This document shows positions 35,901 to 49,800 of a DNA stretch of 64,000 nt, piece by piece (the first letter of the stretch is position 1; the number at the start of each line of letters is the position of its first letter). The stretch lies in the NCBI RefSeq assembly GCF_009914755.1, contig NC_060948.1; one strand, given 5' to 3'. The stretch comes from the human T2T-CHM13v2.0 reference genome, Homo sapiens. The translations under genes were made by a program, and so were the position numbers. Under the pieces are notes generated by a model. That model saw only the letters and a program-made list of their open reading frames with translations. It ran no database searches and was not told the origin of the DNA.

Positions 35901-37818
35901 AACGGAATGGAATGGAATCCAAAGGAATGGAATAGAATGGAATGGAATCGAATGGAAAGGACTCGAATGGAAATCACTCGAATAGAATGCAATTTAATAA
36001 AATAGGATCAAATGTAATGGAATGGAATGGAAAGGAATCGAAACGAAAGGAATGGAGACAGATGGAATGGAATGGAACAGAGAGAAATGGTATAGAATGG
36101 AATGGAATCATCTGGAATGGAATTGAATGGAATGGAATAATATGAAATGGAATGGAATGGAATGGAATGTCCTTGAATTAAATGGACTGGAATGGAATGG
36201 ACTCGAACAGCGTGGAATGGAAAGTGTTGAAATAGAATGGAATGGACTCGTTTGGAATGGTGTAGTATGCAATGCAATCGACTGGCAGGGAATCAAAAGG
36301 AATGTAATCGAATGGATTGGACTGGAATGCAATGGACTCGAATAGATTGGAAACGGAATGCAAAGGAATGGAATGGAATAGTATGGAATGGAATGGAAAG
36401 GAATGGAGTGGAATAGACTAGAGTGGAATGGAATGGACTCGAAAGCAATGGACTGGAATGGAACTTTCTTGAATGGACTGGAATCAAACGGAATGGAATG
36501 CAATGCAATCAAATGGCATGGAATAAAATAGAATGAAAGAGAATCAAACGGAATTGAATCGAATGGAATCGAATGGATTGGAAAGGAATAGAATGGAATG
36601 GAATGGAATTGACTCAAATGGAATGGACTAGAATGGAATGGATTCGAATGGAAGGCAAAGGAATGGAATCTATTGGAATGGACTGTAATGGAATGGAATG
36701 GAAGGGATTGGAATGGACTCGAATGGAATGGACTGCAATAGAAAGGATTCGAATGGAATGAAAAAGAATTGAATGGAATAGAACAGAATGGAATCAAACC
36801 TCATGAAATAGAATGGAATAGAAAGGAATGGAATGAAATGGAATGGAAAGGATTCGAATGGAATGCAATCGAATGGAATGCAATCGAATGGAATGGAATC
36901 GAACGGAATGGAATAAAATGGAAGAAAACTGGCAAGAAATGGAATCGAAATGAATGGAGTGTTAAGGAACGGACTCAAAAGGAATTGAATGTAATAGAAT
37001 GGAGTGGAGTGGACTCGAATATAATGGACTGGAATGGAATGAAATCACATGGAATGGGAACGAATGGAATGGAATGGAAAGGAATGGAATCGAATGGAAA
37101 GGAATCGAATGGAAGGGAATGAAATTGAATCAACAGGAATGGAAGGGAATAGAATAGACGGTAATGGAATGGACTCGAATAGAATGGACACGAATGCTCA
37201 AATTGAATGGACTCGAATGGAATGGAAATGAAAGGAATGTCATCGAATGCAATTCAATCGATTGGAATGAAATCGCATAGGATGGAGTGGAATCAAATGG
37301 AATTGAATCGAAAGGAAAAGAAGCGAATTGACTGAAATGAAATGGAATGGAATTGAATGGAAAGTAATGCAACGGAATAGAATGGAATGAAATTTCACGG
37401 AATGGAATCAAACTGAATGGAATCAAATCAATGGAATATAATCAAATGGAATGGAAAGGAATTGAATGGAGTAGATTGTATTGGATGGGATTGGAATGAA
37501 ATGTACTGGAAAGGACTCGAATTTCATGAAACGGAATGGAATGTATTAGAACGGAATGGACTCGAATGGAATTGAATGTCACGGAATGGCATCAAATGGA
37601 ATGGCATCAATTGGAATGGAATCGAATGCAATGGAATGCTATGGAATGGAATGGAATGCATTGGAATGGAATGTCCTCTAATGGAATGGATTCGAGTGGA
37701 ATGGAATCGAATATAATGGAGTCTAATGAAATGGAATTGAAAGGAATGGGATCCAATACAATGGAATATACTGGAATGTAATGTAATGAACTCGAATGTA
37801 ATTGACTGGAATGGAATG
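32996..37818 (+). repeat. 2404-bp tandem duplication inside DYZ1
   Basis: ORF-track translations are identical at offset 2404 (33133/35537, 33704/36108, 34365/36769, 35132/37536); novel junction at 35400-35414. Confidence 0.92.
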
Positions 37819-40800
37819 TACATGAGTGGAATGTAATCGAATGGAAAGTAATCCAATGGAATAGAATCTAATGCAATAAAATCGACTCAAATAGAGTAGA
37901 ATGTAATGGAATGGAGTGCAGTGCAATGGAATGGAATGGAATGGGATGGAATGGTATGGAATGGATAGTAATGGACTGGAGTGAAATGGACTGGAAAATA
38001 ATGGACTCAAATTGAAAGGGCTCGAAAGGAATGGAGTCAAATGGAATGGTCTGGAATGGAATGAACACGAATGTAATGCAATCCATTAGAATGGAATCGA
38101 ATGGCATGGAATATAAAGAAATGGAATCGAAGAGAATGGAAACAAATGGAATGGAATTGAATGGAATGGAATTGAATGGAATGGGAACGAATGGAGTGAA
38201 ATTGTATGCAGTAGAAGAGAATAGAATGGAATGCAAGCGAAAGGAAAGGAATGGATTGGAATGGAATGGAATTCATTGGAATGGAAGGGAATGTAGTGTA
38301 ATGGACAGGCCTGGAATAAAGTGGAATGCTACGGTCTCGAATGGAATAAAAATGTATGGAATGGAATGCAATGAAACGGAATCGAATGTCATAGAATGTA
38401 ATGGAATGCAAAAAAATGGACTCCAAAATCATTGACTGGAAAGGCTGGGTGTCGAAAGGAATTGACTCCAATGGAATGGAATCGAATGGAATGGAAGTGA
38501 ATAGAATCGAACTAAATCGAATGGAATGGAATTGATAGGAACGGAATGGAAAGGAATGCAATGATTTGGCATGGAATGGAATCGAATGGCATCGAATGGA
38601 ATGGAATGGAATGCAATGGAATGGAATGTATTAGAATATAATGAACTTTAATGGAATGTACTCGAATGGATTCGACTGGAATGGAATGTTCTCGAAGTGA
38701 ATGGACTCCAATGGAATGGATTCGAAAGGAATGGAATCTAATGGAATGGAATTAAATGGAAATGAATCAAATTGAATAGAACGGAATTGAATTGAATGGA
38801 ATCGAATGCAATGGAATCTAATGAAAAGGAAAGGAAAGGAATGGAATGGATTGGAATGGAATGGGCTGGAATGGAATGGAATCGAAACGAATGGAATGGA
38901 ATCGAACTGAAGAGACTGGAATGGAATGCACTGGAATGGAAGGGAATGTAATGGAAGGTTCTCAAGAAAAATGGAATCGAAAGGAATGGAATTGAATGGA
39001 ACGGAATAGAGTCGAATGGAATTGAATGGAATGGAATGGACTAGAGTGAAATGGAATCGAACCACAAGGAATGGACAGGAATAGAATGGTCTCGAATTGA
39101 ATGGAATCGTATGGAATGGCATCAAACGGAATGGAATGGACAGCCACGGAATGGAATGCACTCGAATGCAATGGAGTCGACACTAACGGAGTGGAATAGA
39201 ATGGACTCGACTGGTACGGACTCCAATGGAATGGAATCGAATGGAAGGGTATCGAACGGAATGGGCTCGAAGGGAAAAGACTGCAATGGAAAGGTCTCGA
39301 ATGGAATGGAAATTAATGGAATGGAATGGAATCGAATGAAATGGAGTCAAAAGGAATGGAATCGAATGGCAAGAAATCGAATGTAATGGAATCGCAAGGA
39401 ATTGAAGTGAACGGAACGGAATGCAATGGAATCCAAAGGAATGGAATAGAATGGAATGGAATCGAATGGAAAGGACTCGAATGGAAATCACTCGAATAGA
39501 ATGCAATTTAATAAAATAAGATCAAATGTAATGGAATGGAACGGAAAGGAATCGAAACGAAAGGAATGGAGACAGATGGAATGGAATGGAACAGAGAGCA
39601 ATGGTATAGAATGGAATGGAATCATCTGGAATGGAATTGAATGGAATGGAATAATATGAAATGGAATGGAATGGAATGGAATGCCCTTGAATTAAATGGA
39701 CTGGAATGGAATGGACTCGAACAGAGTGGAATGGAAAGTGTTGAAATAGAATGGAATGGACTCGTTTGGAATGGTCTAGTATGCAATGCAATCGACTGGC
39801 AGGGAATCAAAAGGAATGTAATCGAATGGATTGGACTGGAATGCAATGGACTCGAATAGATTGGAAACGGAAAGCAAAGGAATGGAATGGAATAGTATGG
39901 AATGGAATGGAAAGGAATGGAGTGGAATAGACTAGAGTGGAATGGAATGGACTGGAAAGCAATGGACTGGAATGGAACTTTCTTGAATGGACTGGAATCA
40001 AACGGAATGGAATGCAATGCAATCAAATGGCATGGAATAAAATAGAATGAAAGAGAATCAAATGGAATTGAATCGAATGGAATCGAATGGATTGGAAAGG
40101 AATAGAATGGAATGGAACGGAATTGACTCAAATGGAATGGACTAGAATGGAATGGATTCGAATGGAAGGCAAATGAATGGAATCTATTGGAATGGACTGT
40201 AATGGAATGGAATGGAAGGGATTGGAATGGACTCGAATGGAATGGACTGCAATAGAAAGGATTCGAATGGAATGAAAAAGAATTGAATGGAATAGAACAG
40301 AATGGAATCAAATCGAATGAAATGGAATGGAAGAGAAAGGAATGGAATGAAATGGAATGGAAAGGATTCGAATGGAATGCAATCGAATGGAATGGAATCG
40401 AACGGAATGGAATAAAATGGAAGAAAACTGGCAAGAAATGGAATCGAAATGAATGGAGTGTTATGGAACGGACTCAAAAGGAATTGAATGTAATAGAATG
40501 GAGTGGAGTGGACTCGAATATAATGGACTGGAATGGAATGAAATCACATGGAATGGGAACGAATGGAATGGAATGGAAAGGAATGGAATCGAATGGAAAG
40601 GAATCGAATGGAAGGGAATGAAATTGAATCAACAGGAATGGAAGGGAGTAGAATAGACGGTAATGGAATGGACTCGAATAGAATGGACACGAATGCTCAA
40701 ATTGAATGGACTCGAATGGAATGGAAACGAAAGGAATGTCATCGAATGGAATTGAATCGATTGGAATGAAATTGCATAGAATGGAGTGGAATCAAATGGA

Positions 40801-43800
40801 ATTGAATCGAAAGGAAAGGAAGCGAATGGACTGAAATGAAATGGAATGGAATTGAATGGAAAGTAATGCAATGGAATAGAACGGAACGAAATTTCACGGA
40901 ATGGAATCAAACTGAATGGAATCAAATCAATGGAATATAATCAAATGGAATGGAAAGGAATTGAATGGAGTAGATTGGATTGGATGGGATTGGAATGAAA
41001 TGTACTGGAAAGGACACGAAATTCATGAAACGGAGTGGAATGAACTGGAACGGAATGGACTCGAATGGAATGGAATGTCATGGAATGGCATCAAATGGAA
41101 TGGAATCGAATGCGATGGAATGCTATGGAATGGAATGGAATGCATAGGAATGGAATGTCCTCTAATGGAATGTATTCGAGTGGAATGGAATCGAATATAA
41201 TGGAGTCTAATGAAATGGAATTGAAAGGAATGGGACCGAATACAATGGAATAAACTGGAATGTAATGTAATGAACTCGAATGTAATTGACTGGAATGGAA
41301 TGTACATGAATGGAATGTAATCGAATGGAAAGCAATCCAATGGAATAGAATCTAATGCAATAAAATCGACTCAAATAGAGTAGAATGTAATGGAATGGAG
41401 TGCAGTGCAATGGAATGGAATGGAATGCAACGGAATGGAATGGAATGGAATGGAATGGGATGGAATGGTATGGAATGGATAGTAATGGACTGGAGTGAAA
41501 TGGACTGGAAAAGAATGGACTCAAATTGAAAGGGCTCGAAAGGAATGGAGTCAAATGGAATGGTCTGGAATGGAATGAACACGAATGTAATGCAATCCAA
41601 TAGAAGGGAATCGAATGGCATAGAATATAAAGAAATGGAATCGAAGAGAATGGAAACAAATGGAATGGAATTGAATGGAATGGAATTGAATGGAATGGGA
41701 AGGAATGGAGTGAAATTGTATGCAGTAGAAGAGAATAGAATGGAATGCAAGCGAAAGGAAAGGAATGGATTGGAATGGAATGGAATTCATTGGAATGGAA
41801 GGGAATGTAGTGTAATGGACAGGCCTGGAATAAAGTGGAATGCTACGGTCTCGAATGGAATAAAAATGTATGGAATGGAATGCAATGAAACGGAATCGAA
41901 TGTCATAGAATGTAATGGAATGCAAAAAAATGGACTCCAAAATCATTGACTGGAAAGGCTGGGTGTCGAAAGGAATTGACTCCAATGGAATGGAATCGAA
42001 TGGAATGGAAGTGAATAGAATCGAACTAAATCGAATGGAATGGAATTGATAGGAACGGAATGGAAAGGAATGCAATGATTTGGCATGGAATGGAATCGAA
42101 AGGCATCGAATGGAATGGAATGGAATGCAATGGAATGGAATGTATTAGAATGTAATGAACATTAATGGAAAGTACTCGAATGGATTCGACTGGAATGGAA
42201 TGTTCTGGAAGTGAATGGACTCCAATGGAATGGATTTGAAAGGAATGGAATCGAACGGAATGGAATTAAACGGAAATGAATCAAATAGAATAGAACGGAA
42301 TTGAATTGAATGGAATCGAATGCAATGGAATCTAATGAAACGGAAAGGAATGGAATGGAATGGGCTGGAATGGAAAGGAATCGAAACGAATGGAATGGAA
42401 TCGAACTGAAGAGACTGGAATGGAATGCACTGGAATGGAAGGGAATATAATGGAAGGTTCTCGAAAAAAATGGAATCGAAAGGAATGGAATTGAATGGAA
42501 CGGAATAGAGTCGAATGGAATTCAATGGAATGGAATGGACTAGAGTGAAATGGAATCGAACCACAAGGAATGGACAGGAATAGAATGGTCTCGAATTGAA
42601 TGGAATCGTATGGAATGGCATCAAACGGAATGGAATGGACGGCCACGGAATGGAATGCACTCGAATGCAATGGAGTCGAAACTAATGGACTGGAATAGAA
42701 TGGACTCGACTGGTACGGACTCCAATGGAATGGAATCGAATGGAAGGGAATCGAACGGAAGGGAATCGAACGGAATGGACTCGAAGGGAAAAGACTGCAA
42801 TGGAAAGGTCTCGAATGGAATGGAAATTAATGGAATGGAATGGAATCGAATGAAATGGAGTCAAAAGGAATGGAATCGAATGGCAAGAAATCGAATGTAA
42901 TGGAATCGCAAGGAATTGATGTGAACGGAACGGAATGGAATGGAATCCAAAGGAATGGAATAGAATGGAATGGAATCGAATGGAAAGGACTCGAATGGAA
43001 ATCACTCGAATAGAATGCAATTTAATAAAATAGGATCAAATGTAATGGAATGGAATGGAAAGGAATCGAAACGAAAGGAATGGAGACAGATGGAATGGAA
43101 TGGAACAGAGAGCAATGGTATAGAATGGAATGGAATCATCTGGAATGGAATTGAATGGAATGGAATAATATGAAATGGAATGGAATGGAATGGAATGTCC
43201 TTGAATTAAATGGACTGGAATGGAATGGACTCGAACAGCGTGGAATGGAAAGTGTTGAAATAGAATGGAATGGACTCGTTTGGAATGGTGTAGTATGCAA
43301 TGCAATCGACTGGCAGGGAATCAAAAGGAATGTAATCGAATGGATTGGACTGGAATGCAATGGACTCGAATAGATTGGAAACGGAATGCAAAGGAATGGA
43401 ATGGAATAGTATGGAATGGAATGGAAAGGAATGGAGTGGAATAGACTAGAGTGGAATGGAATGGACTCGAAAGCAATGGACTGGAATGGAACTTTCTTGA
43501 ATGGACTGGAATCAAACGGAATGGAATGCAATGCAATCAAATGGCATGGAATAAAATAGAATGAAAGAGAATCAAATGGAATTGAATCGAATGGAATCGA
43601 ATGGATTGGAAAGGAATAGAATGGAATGGAATGGAATTGACTCAAATGGAATGGACTAGAATGGAATGGATTCGAATGGAAGGCAAAGGAATGGAATCTA
43701 TTGGAATGGACTGTAATGGAATGGAATGGAAGGGATTGGAATGGACTCGAATGGAATGGACTGCAATAGAAAGGATTCGAATGGAATGAAAAAGAATTGA

Positions 43801-46800
43801 ATGGAATAGAACAGAATGGAATCAAACCTCATGAAATAGAATGGAATAGAAAGGAATGGAATGAAATCGAATGGAAAGGATTCGAATGGAATGCAATCGA
43901 ATGGAATGCAATCGAATGGAATGGAATCGAACGGAATGGAATAAAATGGAAGAAAACTGGCAAGAAATGGAATCGAAATGAATGGAGTGTTAAGGAACGG
44001 ACTCAAAAGGAATTGAATGTAATAGAATGGAGTGGAGTGGACTCGAATATAATGGACTGGAATGGAATGAAATCACATGGAATGGGAACGAATGGAATGG
44101 AATGGAAAGGAATGGAATCGAATGGAAAGGAATCGAATGGAAGGGAATGAAATTGAATCAACAGGAATGGAAGGGAATAGAATAGACGGTAATGGAATGG
44201 ACTCGAATAGAATGGACACGAATGCTCAAATTGAATGGACTCGAATGGAATGGAAATGAAAGGAATGTCATCGAATGCAATTCAATCGATTGGAATGAAA
44301 TCGCATAGGATGGAGTGGAATCAAATGGAATTGAATCGAAAGGAAAAGAAGCGAATTGACTGAAATGAAATGGAATGGAATTGAATGGAAAGTAATGCAA
44401 CGGAATAGAATGGAATGAAATTTCACGGAATGGAATCAAACTGAATGGAATCAAATCAATGGAATATAATCAAATGGAATGGAAAGGAATTGAATGGAGT
44501 AGATTGTATTGGATGGGATTGGAATGAAATGTACTGGAAAGGACTCGAATTTCATGAAACGGAATGGAATGTATTAGAACGGAATGGACTCGAATGGAAT
44601 TGAATGTCACGGAATGGCATCAAATGGAATGGCATCAATTGGAATGGAATCGAATGCAATGGAATGCTATGGAATGGAATGGAATGCATTGGAATGGAAT
44701 GTCCTCTAATGGAATGGATTCGAGTGGAATGGAATCGAATATAATGGAGTCTAATGAAATGGAATTGAAAGGAATGGGATCCAATACAATGGAATATACT
44801 GGAATGTAATGTAATGAACTCGAATGTAATTGACTGGAATGGAATGTACATGAGTGGAATGTAATCGAATGGAAATAATCCAATGGAATAGAATCTAATG
44901 CAATAAAATCGACTCAAATAGAGTAGAATGTAATGGAATGGAGTGCAGTGCAATGGAATGGAATGGAATGGGATGGAATGGTATGGAATGGATAGTAATG
45001 GACTGGAGTGAAATGGACTGGAAAATAATGGACTCAAATTGAAAGGGCTCGAAAGGAATGGAGTCAAATGGAATGGTGTGGAATGGAATGAACACGAATG
45101 TAATGCAATCCAATAGAATGGAATCGAATGGCATGGAATATAAAGAAATGGAATCGAAGAGAATGGAAACAAATGGAATGGAATTGAATGGAATGGAATT
45201 GAATGGAATGGGAACGAATGGAGTGAAATTCTATGCAGTAGAAGAGAATAGAATGGAATGCAAGCGAAAGGAAAGGAATGGATTGGAATGGAATGGAATT
45301 CATTGGAATGGAAGGGAATGTAGTGTAATGGACAGGCCTGTAATAAAGTGGAATGCTACGGTCTCGAATGGAATAAAAATGTATGGAATGGAATGCAATG
45401 AAACGGAATCGAATGTCATAGAAGTAATGGAATGCAAAAAAATGGACTCCAAAATCATTGACTGGAAAGGCTGGGTGTCGAAAGGAATTTACTCCAATGG
45501 AATGGAATCGAATGGAATGGAAGTGAATAGAATCGAACTAAATCGAATGGAATGGAATTGATAGGAACGGAATGGAAAGGAATGCAATGATTTCGCATGG
45601 AATGGAATCGAATGGCATCGAATGGAATGGAATGGAATGCAATGGAATGGAATGTATTAAAATGTAATGAACTTTAATGGAATGTACTCGAATGGATTCG
45701 ACTGGAATGGAATGTTCTCGAAGTGAATGGACTCCAATGGAATGGATTCGAAAGGAATGGAATCTAATGGAATGGAATTAAATGGAAATGAATCAAATTG
45801 AATAGAACGGAATTGAATTGAATGGAATCGAATGCAATGGAATCTAATGAAACGGAAAGGAAAGGAATGGAATGGAATGGGCTGGAATGGAATGGAATCG
45901 AAACGAATGGAATGGAATCGAACTGAAGAGACTGGAATGGAATACACTGGAATGGAAGGGAATGTAATGGAAGGTTCTCGAAAAAAATGTAATTGAAAGG
46001 AATGGAATTGAGTGGAACGGAATAGAGTCGAATGGAATTCAATGGAATGGAATGGACTAGAGTGAAATGGAATCGAACCACAAGGAATGGACAGGAATAG
46101 AATGGTCTCGAATTGAATGGAATCGTATGGAATGGCATCAAACGGAATGGAATGGACAGCCACGGAATGGAATGCACTCGAATGCAACGGAGTCGAAACT
46201 AATGGACTGGAATAGAATGGACTCGACTGGTACGGACTCCAATGGAATGGAATCGAATGGAAGGGAATCGAACGGAATGGACTCGAAGGGAAAAGACTGC
46301 AATGGAAAGGTCTCGAATGGAATGGAAATTAATGGAATGGAATGGAATCGAATGAAATGGAGTCAAAAGGAATGGAATCGAATGGCAAGAAATCAAATGT
46401 AATGGAATCGCAAGGAATTGATGTGAACGGAACGGAATGGAATGGAATCCAAAGGAATGGAATAGAATGGAATGGAATCGAATGGAAAGGACTCGAATGG
46501 AAATCACTCGAATAGAATGCAATTTAATAAAATAGGATCAAATGTAATGGAATGGAATGGAAAGGAATCGAAACGGAAGGAATGGAGACCGATGGAATGG
46601 AATGGAACAGAGAGCAATGGTATAGAATGGAATGGAATCATCTGGAATGGAATTGAATGGAATGGAATAATATGAAATGGAATGGAATGGAATGGAATGG
46701 AATGCCCTTGAATTAAATGGACTGGAATGGAATGGACTCGAACAGAGTGGAATGGAAAGTGTTGAGATAGAATGGAATGGACTCCTTTGGAATGGTGTAG

Positions 46801-49800
46801 TATGCAATGTAATCGACTGGCAGGGAATCAAAAGGAATGTAATGGAATGGATTGGACTGGAATGCAATGGACTCGAATAGATTGGAAACGGAATGCAAAG
46901 GAATGGAATGGAATAGTATGGAATGGAATGGAAAGGAATGGAGTGGAATAGACTAGAGTGGAATGGAATGGACTGGAAAGCAATGGACTGGAATGGAACT
47001 TTCTTGAATGGACTGGAATCAAACGGAATGGAATGCAATGCAATCAAATGGCATGGAATAAAATAGAATGAAAGAGAATCAAATGGAATTGAATCGAATG
47101 GAATCGAATGGATTGGAAAGGAATAGAATGGAATGGAATGGAATTGACTCAAATGGAATGGACTAGAATGGAATGGATTCGAATGGAAGGCAAAGGAATG
47201 GAATCTATTGGAATGGAATGTAATGGAATGGAATGGAAGGGATTGGAATGGACTCGAATGGAATGGACTGCAATAGAAAGGATTCGAATGGAATGAAAAA
47301 GAATTGAATGGAATAGAACAGAATGGAATCAAATCGAATGAAATGGAATGGAATAGAAAGGAATGGAATGAAATGGAATGGAAAGGATTCGAATGGAATG
47401 CAATCGAATGGAATGGAATCGAACGGAATGGAATAAAATGGAAGAAAACTGGCAAGAAATGGAATCGAAATGAATGGAGTGTTATGGAACGGACTCAAAA
47501 GGAATTGAATGTAATAGAATGGAGTGGAGTGGACTCGAATATAATGGACTGGAATGGAATGAAATCACATGGAATGGGAACGAATGGAATGGAATGGAAA
47601 GGAATGGAATGGAATGGAAAGGAATCGAATGGAAGGGAATGAAATTGAATCAACAGGAATGGAAGGGAATAGAATAGACGGTAATGGAATGGACTCGAAT
47701 AGAATGGACACGAATGCTCAAATTGAATGGACTCGAAAGGAATGGAAAGGAAAGGAATGTCATCGAATGGAATTGAATCGATTGGAATGAAATCGCATAG
47801 AATGGAGTGGAATCAAATGGAATTGAATCGAAAGGAAAGGAAGCGAATGGACTGAAATGAAATGGAATGGAATTGAATGGAAAGTAATGCAATGGAATAG
47901 AATGGAACGAAATTTCACGGAATGGAATCAAACTGAATGGAATCAAATCAATGGAATCTAATCAAATGGAATGGAAAGGAATTGAATGGAGTAGATTGGA
48001 TTGGATGGGATTGGAATGAAATGTACTGGAAAGGACTCGAATTTCATGAAACGGAATGGAATGAATTGGAACGGAATGGACTCGAATGGAATGGAATGCC
48101 ATCGAATGGCATCAAATGGAATGGCATCAAATGGAATGGAATCGAATGCAATGGAATGCTATGGAATGGAATGGAATGCATTGGAATGGAATGTCCTCTA
48201 ATGGAATGGATTCGAGTGGAATGGAATCGAATATAATGGAGTCGAATGAAATGGAATTGAAAAGAATGGGATCGAATACAATGGAATATACTGGAATGTA
48301 ATGTAATGAACTCGAATGTAATTGACTGGAATGGAATGTACATGAATGGAATGTAATCGAATGGAAAGTAATCCAATGGAATAGAATCTAATGCAATAAA
48401 ATCGACTCAAATAGAGTAGAATGTAATGGAATGGAGTGCAGTGCAATGGAATGCAATGGAATGGAATGGAATGGAATGGAATGGGATGGAATGGTATGGA
48501 ATGGATAGTAATGGACTGGAGTGAAATGGACTGGAAAGGAATGGACTCAAATTGAAAGGGCTCGAAAGTAATGGAGTCAAATGGAATGGTCTGGAATGGA
48601 ATGAACACGAATGTAATGCAATCCAATAGAATGGAATCGAATGGCATGGAATATAAAGAAATGGAATCGAAGAGAATGGAAACAAATGGAATGGAATTGA
48701 ATGGAATGGAATTGAATGGAATGGGAACGAATGGAGTGAAATTGTATGCAGTAGAAGAGAATAGAATGGAATGCAAGCGAAAGGAAAGGAATGGATTGGA
48801 ATGGAATGGAATTCATTGGAATGGAAGGGAATGTAGTGTAATGGACAGGCCTGGAATAAAGTGGAATGCTACGGTCTCGAATGGAATAAAAATGTATGGA
48901 ATGGAATGCAATGAAACGGAATCGAATGTCGTAGAATGTAATGGAATGCAAAAAATGGAATCCAAAATCATTGACTGGAAAGGCTGGGTGTCGAAAGGAA
49001 TTGACTCCAATGGAATGGAATCGAATGGAATGGAAGTGAATAGAATCGAACTAAATCGAATGGAATGGAATTGATAGGAACGGAATGGAAAGGAATGCAA
49101 TGATTTGGCATGGAATGGAATCGAATGGCATCGAATGGAATGGAATGGAATGCAATGGAATGGAATGTGTTAGAATGTAATGAACTTTAATGGAATGTAC
49201 TCGAATGGATTCGACTGGAATGGAATGTTCTGGAAGTGAATGGACTCCAATGGAATGGATTCAAAAGGAATGGAATCGTACGGAATGGAATCTAATGGAA
49301 TGGAATTAAATGGAAATGAATCAAATGGAATAGCACGGAATTGAATTGAATGGAATGGAATGCAATGGAATCTAATGAAACGGAAAGGAAAGGAATGGAA
49401 TGGAATGGAATGGGCCTGAATGGAAAGGAATCGAAATGAATGGAATAGAATCGAACTGAAGAGACTGGAATGGAATGCACTGGAATGGAAGGGACTGTAA
49501 TGGAAGGTTCTCGAAAAAAATGGAATGGAATGGAATGGAATTGAATGGAACGGAATAGAGTCGAATGCAATTGAATGGAATGGAATGGACTAGAGTGAAA
49601 TGGAATCGTACCACAAGGAATGGACAGGAATAGAATGGTCTCGAATTGAATGGAATCGTATGGAATGGCATCAAACGGAATGGAATGGACAGCCACGGAA
49701 TGGAATGCACTCGAATGCAATGGAGTCGAAACTAATGGACTGGAATAGAATGGACTCGACTGGTACGGACTCCAATGGAATGGAATCGAATGGAAGGGAA

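Noticed and set aside
42641-49416. Extra HaeIII sites at 42641 and 49413
   Set aside because: Point variants in single units; they only alter restriction patterns.
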